The notes under the pieces are model-generated. The model searched no databases. It saw nothing but the letters and a program-made list of their open reading frames with translations, and was not told where the DNA came from. Made by a program: the position numbers and the translations under genes. A stretch of DNA of 64,000 nucleotides. It comes from the human T2T-CHM13v2.0 reference genome, Homo sapiens. Each line of letters begins with the position of its first letter. The first letter of the stretch is position 1. Location: the NCBI RefSeq assembly GCF_009914755.1, contig NC_060937.1; one strand, written 5' to 3'. Positions 55,401-64,000 of this stretch are shown here, piece after piece.

Positions 55401-55695
55401 AACGTTCTTTAGGTGACTTTTAGGGATGTTTTAGCTCCCCTGCCACCTGGGGCCCACAGGGAGACACCCAGGGACGAGATCTCTCTGAGCCTTGAAGACA
55501 TTTGCAGCCCAGCCCTCCCTGCTCCTTCCTGCTTGTCTAAAACTTCGCAATTCTGTGAGATCATAGACAAATTGCATCTCTTCTGTGAAGGCTGCTCTCA
55601 CCTTACTAAACAACAATTATCTCTTACTTTTCTCAATTCAAATAACGTTATTGTCGGTACCACTCATTTGGCCCTTAGTAAATGCTGTCAATTTT

Positions 55696-55956
<261 letters not shown>

Positions 55957-56032
55957 GATGCTGTCAATTTTAAATTAATTGGCAGATAACCACTTGCTAA
56001 TTTTTAATTAAGCTAATTGAAAACAGGTTCTT

Positions 56033-56588
<556 letters not shown>

Positions 56589-56793
56589 GGCTAACACTTT
56601 TAAAGTTTGTTTTTCCTACAGCAAGCAGAAAAATTGATCAGAGTTTCTTAATCTGGGGTTCGTGGATTAGCTTATTGGGGGCCCATGAAACCCCCAGAAC
56701 TTGTAAGTGAAATTGTGGATGTCTGTGTATATATATCATTCTTCAGAAATTTTACTCCTCCTTTCCCCCCAGTAAAAGGTTAGTAACAACTAG

Positions 56794-57093
<300 letters not shown>

Positions 57094-57428
57094 AACTAGG
57101 CTAGATTTTTAACAAATATATACTGTGGTCTTTTTTACAGTTTTTAAACCCAATATCTGCTATAATGGGATCAGAAAAGGCCACATCTATAAAAGCAAAT
57201 CCTTCCTCGATTGTGCCAGTGGGCTTTAGTTCCCTCTGTTCTGTTTACATTGGAGTCCCAACCATCTGGTTATTTTTGATATTCCAACATAGTCTGTGTT
57301 GGGAAGGGAGTTCTTATTCTGTTTCCTCCCATGCACGCAGCGGTTAGTACCAGGGAAGCAGGACAAATCACTGCAGCACTTCAGGAGGGAACCTCTCTTT
57401 GTGCTCAGAAGCAAGATAGCATCCAACT

Positions 57429-57643
57429 CAGGGTCAGCAGACGTCTTCGGTAAAGTGCCGAGAGTAAGGATTTTAGGCTCTGCAGGTCTTATGTTCTCTG
57501 TGGTGATGACTCAGCTCTGCCATTGCTGCGCGAATGCAGCCACAAACAGGAAAGTGAGTTGGCCCCTCGCATCCAAACAACTCTATTTACAGAAACAAGC
57601 AGGGGCTGCATTTGGCCCATGGGCTGGAGTTCTTGAACCTCTG
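57429..57643. mobile_element. MER58A-like hAT element
   Basis: CAGGGTCAGCA...ATTTTAGGCTCTGCAGG...ACTCAGCTCTGCCATTG...TTTGGCCCATGGGC...CCTCTG; degenerate 8-bp TSD ATCCAACT/ATCTAATT. Confidence 0.82.
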
Positions 57644-60600
57644 ATCTAATTCACAGCTCACTAGGACGCAGGAGTTATAGTTGTAATAAGGAAGCACAAC
57701 ATCAAAAAATTGGGTGGAATCCTGGGGACTCTTAGGACTTTGCATTCCACCAATCATAGGTAATTCTAGTCTTGGCTAAAAGGGAGCACACAAATCCAGA
57801 GAAACCTGCTCATCCCAGGCAATGGGCCAGACAGGCAGCCCTGTGACACAGGCAGGGAAATAGGGGCAGTTTTGTGGTCATTGCTCCAGTGCTCACATAC
57901 CTTCTATCAGAGACGATTAAAAAAGTTATTGTTTACACCACCACAAACCAGAGTGCAGGCTTGTTAGAAAATCTGGATTGCTCCCTGATCTGCCTCTCTA
58001 TAATTAGTGAACCTTTCTTCTCTGCTCTGTGCACACAATGAATAAAACGTTCATGGTGTATGATGTCACCACAGTGCTAGAAACACTGTCTTGATTGTTC
58101 CACTTTTAATTCTGCCTTTGCGCCTGGCTGTGGCTGCAGCTGCTGGTCATCCCTCTACCAGCTACTACTCAATTTACCAACCTGGTGTTGACAGCTCTAC
58201 CTTGCAGACTTTCGTGGCAGGAAGAAAGCCTGGTGGGAATGGACATGGTAGGGAGAGCCTCAGTGGCCTCCTTCCTAAGAGAGCACAAATATAGTGGAAG
58301 CAGATTCGCAGCTTCTCACAAGTTTAATCTTTAGAATGTGCAGAATCAGAATTCTGCATCTGGCAAATCAGAATTTAAAAGTTGGCAAGCGCTTTGACTT
58401 ATTTAGGTTTCTTTTATTATCAAGTTCATAAAAGGGCATTTTTCTTTCTCACTCTCAATAGGAATTCTTGGGCCTCGAGGGGTCGTTTCTTAGTTCTTGC
58501 TCTGGTTGTTCTTCCTTTTGTCTCTTGCTGTTCTGTGGACTGGAGGGGTCCATAGGTTGTGAGTTTCTTTTTCTGCCTTTTGTAAGTTGCCATTTGTTCT
58601 CCCAATCCTGCATGTGACTGGGGTTGGGGGAATTCTGTAGTTGGCTTTGTGCATTGTTTTGTGTACCAGAACTTGGTTTAAGAACAGCTATCAATGCTGT
58701 CATAATGATACCACATTTGCTCCAGGAAAGCACACTTTCAGTTACCTCTAGCACCGTCCCCACCAAAGACAGGCTGAGCTCTGATCTTCCCTTCTTGGGC
58801 CACTCACTCCTGTGTATGGTGAGGGCCTTTCTGAGCGGTGGAGCCCAAGCTGCATGCAGCTGCTCTAGAAGCAAGGAAGACTGAAGCCGGGCAATGTTTG
58901 GCCAATCACAAGCACCGTTTGGTGAGGTGAGCATATTCAGATGATCATTTTAAGTAGCAGTTCCTCTAAAACTTCCACTAAAGGCCATTCAGCAGAAATC
59001 CCCCAAACACAGACAGGCTTGAGATGCTGGGTGGCCAAACCAAATGGCGAGTGCCCTATGCCAGCAAAACCAGAGAGAGCGTTAAGTCAGGGTTCTGGCC
59101 TGGGGAGGAGGGAGATGACCTCCACTGAGTGCTCTCTATGCATCCAGCTCTGGACAAAGGCCCCGTGTGTCTCACAAACCTGGTTTTTCAAATCAGGAAA
59201 TCAGTGGCTTGAGAAGTTTAAAGTCCTGAGGCCTCCCAGGTGGTACATGGCTCAACCAACAGCATCTGTCTATATGTTTTTAAGAGCATGACAAGTAGTC
59301 ATTAGAGTATGGAGTGTAGAAATTCACAGCACCAGCCTTGACAGGAAACCAGGTGTAACTACACTTTTGTGTTCTACAGACACACAGATGGGGTTGGAGA
59401 GGAGGCTACCACCAGGACACTGTGGACATTGGAAGGCAAGGGTAAATAGAGTCTTGGGGTCCCGGGGAGACACAGGGGTCCAGGACACAGAGCCTGCCAA
59501 GCACCAATTTTGTAAAGTTCAGTTTTAATGAGGAGAAATGACTTGAGGAGAATCCAACTAGGCCTCCTCTCCTGTGGATCCAAATTGTACCAATTGAAAG
59601 GGGGAAAAGGGTCGCTTCAAGGCACCCCAACTTTAGATTTTTTAGTAGTCTGAGGCTCTTCTCTTCAGCTTTTGCTGATTGTTTGCTGTCGTTCCTTTAT
59701 AAAACTCTTCCCAGTTTTTGAGGATACAGATTGTGGTTGGCCCAACACAAGCAGCTTTTGCTCAGGTTAGAGCACCACGAACTCAAATACTGCAGTTGCT
59801 GCCCACTGGGAAGCCCCTGGGGGAGACTCGGAGACTCAGGGGGAACGAACAATGAGGCCAGGTGCTGGTGGGTCACATGGTTACAGCTGCATGTGGACAA
59901 GCACAATTAAGGCAGTTTTACTGTGAAACAACAAATACAGCAAAATCACAATGCCTGCCTGTGCTCTTATCTATAGGAACATTGTGGGATGGGGGTAGGA
60001 TGTGGCTGAAATGGTGCAGCCCTATCCACTTAGCTTGATTCAACCCACAGTAGCTCAGAACCACACTGGAAAATGGGAGAAGCTTGTTTGTTAAATAAAA
60101 GGTGGTGACATGTTTTGAAGAATCTCCTGGCAATTTAATTGTTATATAAGTTATTTGGATTTTTAACAAAGGACGTTTCAACCTGAATTTTACAGATAAA
60201 GGGTTTTTGTTTCTCTCTCTTTCAAGCTCATTTTCCCTATTGACAAATTTTGACCCAGGTCAGAGTAGCATAATCTATGATGCCTATGTCCAAATTAAAT
60301 GACTCAGAATCAGAATCTCACATGTAAATAGAAATCTCACAGGGTGTGAAAGATATCGTCATATAATAGATAAAGCTAAATAAAATGTCAGTATCAGTTT
60401 TATCAAATACCTTGTAGGTCAAAGGTTAAACGATGTTGGAAGCACAGATAAACATGCAGTTGTGTCAGGAACCATGGTGATGTTAAGAAAATGTTTTCTT
60501 TTCATTCTTTTTCTTCTTAGTGGGAAAATATCTATCAGAAAGTAGAAAAGAAGGGAGGTGAGGGCTGGGCTGGGGAAAGGCAGTTGTCAGGATGAGTAGT

Positions 60601-61380
60601 GGATCAGGGCATCCCATTTATTCTCACTCAACCCAGGAGAAGGTCACACACAAGCCATGTCTAGAAGGAAGGTGGGAAAGCATGAGACAGGTAAGGGAAG
60701 GCTGGCCTCAGCCGAGCAAAGGGCAGAGGAGACTTGGCCACCAATGGAAGCTTTGCAAAGAGCAGGTGGAATCAGAGTGAGGTGTAACAGTCAATTGGAA
60801 TGTATCTGACACACAGTCCTCGCCTTTTCCTCATGCTGTTCGAAAAATGTTGCCTAAAGCCTGTTTAGAAAGTGTACCAGGGAATTCCTTGCTCTTGGTT
60901 TGTGTGGGGCACAGAGGCAGCCACGTGTGTCACATTTCAAGGCAGGTGGACCAACTCTAGGGGCAGCGCAAGCTCCCTTCAGGCACATTTGCTGAGAAAG
61001 CGCTGTGTCCTCTGTGTCACGGGAGCGTCGGCTATGACCACCTAGGGTGGGTTGTGAGAGAGAAAGCAGGGTCCAGAAGGTCGTTCTGTGTCTCTTTTCT
61101 TACTCCTAAATCTTAGGGAGATACTATTTGCCCTGAGGCTGATAGATAAGCTCCATTGGTTTCAATGGAAATGTTCAACCCTAGCTGAATGGGAGACACA
61201 GGAAAAATTAACATAAAATGTAAAAGTTCAAGTTGGAAAGCCAATGATGCAGTTCTAGCCTTTGTGGAAAGATCCACAGGCCGCTTTCTGAGACGTTGCG
61301 TGTTCACAGTGCTTCTGTTTCCAAAGCAAACCAGGCTGCTGTGTGAAGCCATTGGTGCCGATCCTCACGAGTCACTGAGA

Positions 61381-61476
61381 TCAGAGACACAAGTGCACGT
61401 CCACCACCGTGGACTAACTCACATCTCAGAGACACAAGCGCACATCCATGCCCGTGCGCGAACTCACTTCTCAGAG
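61381..61476. repeat. 45-bp tandem duplication (about 2.1 copies)
   Basis: TCAGAGACACAAG(T/C)GCAC(G/A)TCCA...AACTCAC starts at 61381 and 61426, TCAGAG again at 61471. Confidence 0.85.
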
Positions 61477-61548
61477 CACTGGCTCGTGGGCGGTCAGCTG
61501 GTGTATTCATTACCAGGGGGTAAACCTTACTGAACTAACTCAAAAGGG

Positions 61549-61739
61549 AGAGCTTCTCAAAATGCATTGTGCATGCATATAATTGGGAGAGCTTGATAAA
61601 GACAGAAATCCCTAAGTGTGAATCCCAGAGAGGCTGCCTCACTTGGTCAGCTGTGGAGCCCAAGAATCTGCATCTTACCAAGCTCTCCCAGTTCATTCTA
61701 ACACATGTGGTCTGAGAATCGCATGTTGAGAAACACCAG
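61549..61739. mobile_element. MER5A/B-like hAT element
   Basis: CTTCTCAAAAT...GAGCCCAAGAATCTGCATCTTACCAAGCTCTCCCAG...TTGAGAAACAC. Confidence 0.75.
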
Positions 61740-63090
61740 GGGAAACGTGCGTTTAAAAATAGTTCCTCAGACGCCTACTGTCTGTTTAGATTTACAGTTG
61801 ATAGAATGATGCAAATGTATAAAAATACCTCCGTAAATATATCCTCAAGTGGCCTGGGTTGAGAATGAACCCTTTCGCAATGTGTGTCTTAGTGAATAAT
61901 GCCAGTATTGGCTCAGTTGAGTGGAACACACACAAACTCATTAAATTTCAAGTGTTCGTTTCAGGTGTTGGCGAGGTCACATCTCTCCTTCAGCTTAGGT
62001 CACATAGAGGAACATCAGCAGCAGGTGGCCTGGGTGTTCTCCGCACCGCCTCTCTGGCTTGGTGGTTTATCACTCCTCTCCCTTAGCTGCCTCGCCTTGG
62101 ACATGCGTCTTGGCTATGACAAACATGCAAGGGATTGCGTGGCCAAGAGTAGTGGGTTGGAGCCTAGGAGTCCAGGTACTTATGTGGTGGATGCTACCCT
62201 TTTTGTGGTCAAACACCACGTCCACTTCTCCCATCTCAGCAGCACTGGTCCCTGCAGCTTGATGGATTGGGAAATCATTTGTAGCAACCATGGGGATACT
62301 CAGGAAAAGAACACTGAGAACATTGCACCTCCCAGGTTCTGGACCTTGACTGATATTACACACACACACACCCATGAACACACACCTCTGTGCACATGCA
62401 TCTTGCACACCCAGAGTCTTGAGCTCACTGGTAATCTCCAGCTTAGAATTCACCATTGTCAGCTTGGAGAAAACAACATGCTTTTCTGGAGAGTAAAGGC
62501 CTCAGTGAATCTGTCCCCAAATTGTATGTCTCTCGTAACTTTGAGGGAATTTTTTTTGTTGTTGACAGCCTTATGCCAAAGGGAAAGGATGAAATATTGG
62601 GCATGGCCTGCTGGTCGTGAAAGGTCACATTCTGCAGCATGTTTTCCCGATTCTGTGCTGATTCATCACACACTGAGATTTTCTATTAAATACCCTTCCT
62701 GACTCTATTGGAAATGACTGTAAGTGGAACAAATGAAGTCACCCTCAAAATAAGGACTGCCAGGAGAGTGGTAGGTGGCAACTTTAACTGCTCCCCAACC
62801 TTGGGAAGTGGGGTTAGTTTTTTTCCATTTTGATGGTGCTGCTTGGAGGTAAGATGATGGATTTACACTGGTGGAGCATTTTGCTTTTCACAGGGTGCTC
62901 TGAGCAGGAGGCGGTCAGGGAAAGTACTAATTCTGTTTCTTCCATGTTGAGAAGCTAAAGCCCGGAAGGTGGAGGGCTCCTGCCCTGGCTGGGGAGTGGC
63001 TGCCTGAGCCTGGCCCGGGGCTGCTCTGCTGCAAGCCACACCACAGTGATGGCCTGGTGGGCCTCTGCTGCCTTTGTTTGTTTGATTTAA

Positions 63091-63406
<316 letters not shown>

Positions 63407-63855
63407 TGTTTTTGATTTAATTTTCAGTTGACACATGATAACGTACAGGGTACAGTGTGATGTTTCAATACATGTTTACATTGTTTAATGATCGAATCGG
63501 GGTAATTAGCATATCCATCATCTCATACTTGCCATTTCTTTGTGATAAGAACATTCAAAATTCATTCTTCTAGTTATTTTGAAATATACAGTACATTATT
63601 GTTAACTATAGTCATTTGCAATGTGGATGAACCTAGAGGACATTATGTTAAGTGAAATAAGACAGGCACAGAAGGACAAATACTGCGTGATCCCACTCAT
63701 ATGTGGAATCTGAAAATATCCATCTCCTGGAGACAGTAAATAGAACGGTGGTTTCCAGAGGAGGGGGTGGGGGTGGGGGTGGTGGTGGGGGTAGGCAGAG
63801 TGAAGAGAGGTTGGTCAGTGGGTACAAAGTTACAGTTAGATAGGAGAAATAAGTT
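63407..63855. mobile_element. L1MA-type 3' end with 5' inversion
   Basis: 63407-63614 is antisense L1MA terminus; 63611-63855 is the adjacent upstream L1MA segment in sense orientation. Confidence 0.8.
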
Positions 63856-64000
63856 GTGAGCCTTTTAAAATTCAAACCCTCCCTTTCTTCCTTTATTCTT
63901 TCGTGTTTCCCTTGAACTCCCTCTCTAAAAATAAAATCCAGGGCGGCGGAGTTTGTAAGATTTTCCTCTTACAATGACATTTTTGAAAATCACCCTATGT

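Noticed and set aside
58455-58934. 159-aa minus ORF with a K/Q/E-rich end
   Set aside because: Charge bias comes from a TC-rich plus strand; no recognisable domain or exon structure
60951-60970. CTCF-like CTCTAGGGGCAGC
   Set aside because: One G short of the core spacing and lacks the 5' CCAC

Overview
This is primate DNA, almost certainly human: it carries an AluYa5 copy with all five diagnostic positions. It is non-coding and probably intronic or within a lncRNA. I could not identify the gene or locus and found no supportable protein-coding exon; the ORF track is mostly Alu/L1/LTR/L2-derived or chance ORFs. The window holds about 21 Alu/Alu-monomer copies, many L1 and L2 fragments, MIRs, MaLR and ERV1 solo LTRs (several nested), hAT/Tigger DNA-transposon fossils, microsatellites and a 30-bp minisatellite. 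Alus and L1s are mostly on the minus strand, which suggests a plus-strand transcription unit, and a few plus-strand exon candidates have good splice signals. The most unusual structure is at 29679-30548: a patchwork of locally templated inverted and direct copies that creates a pre-miRNA-sized hairpin. Smaller templated events sit at 14633-15254 and 26534-26566. I see no convincing new biological system. Repeat names come from my recollection of consensus sequences, not a RepeatMasker run, and boundaries of old repeats are approximate.
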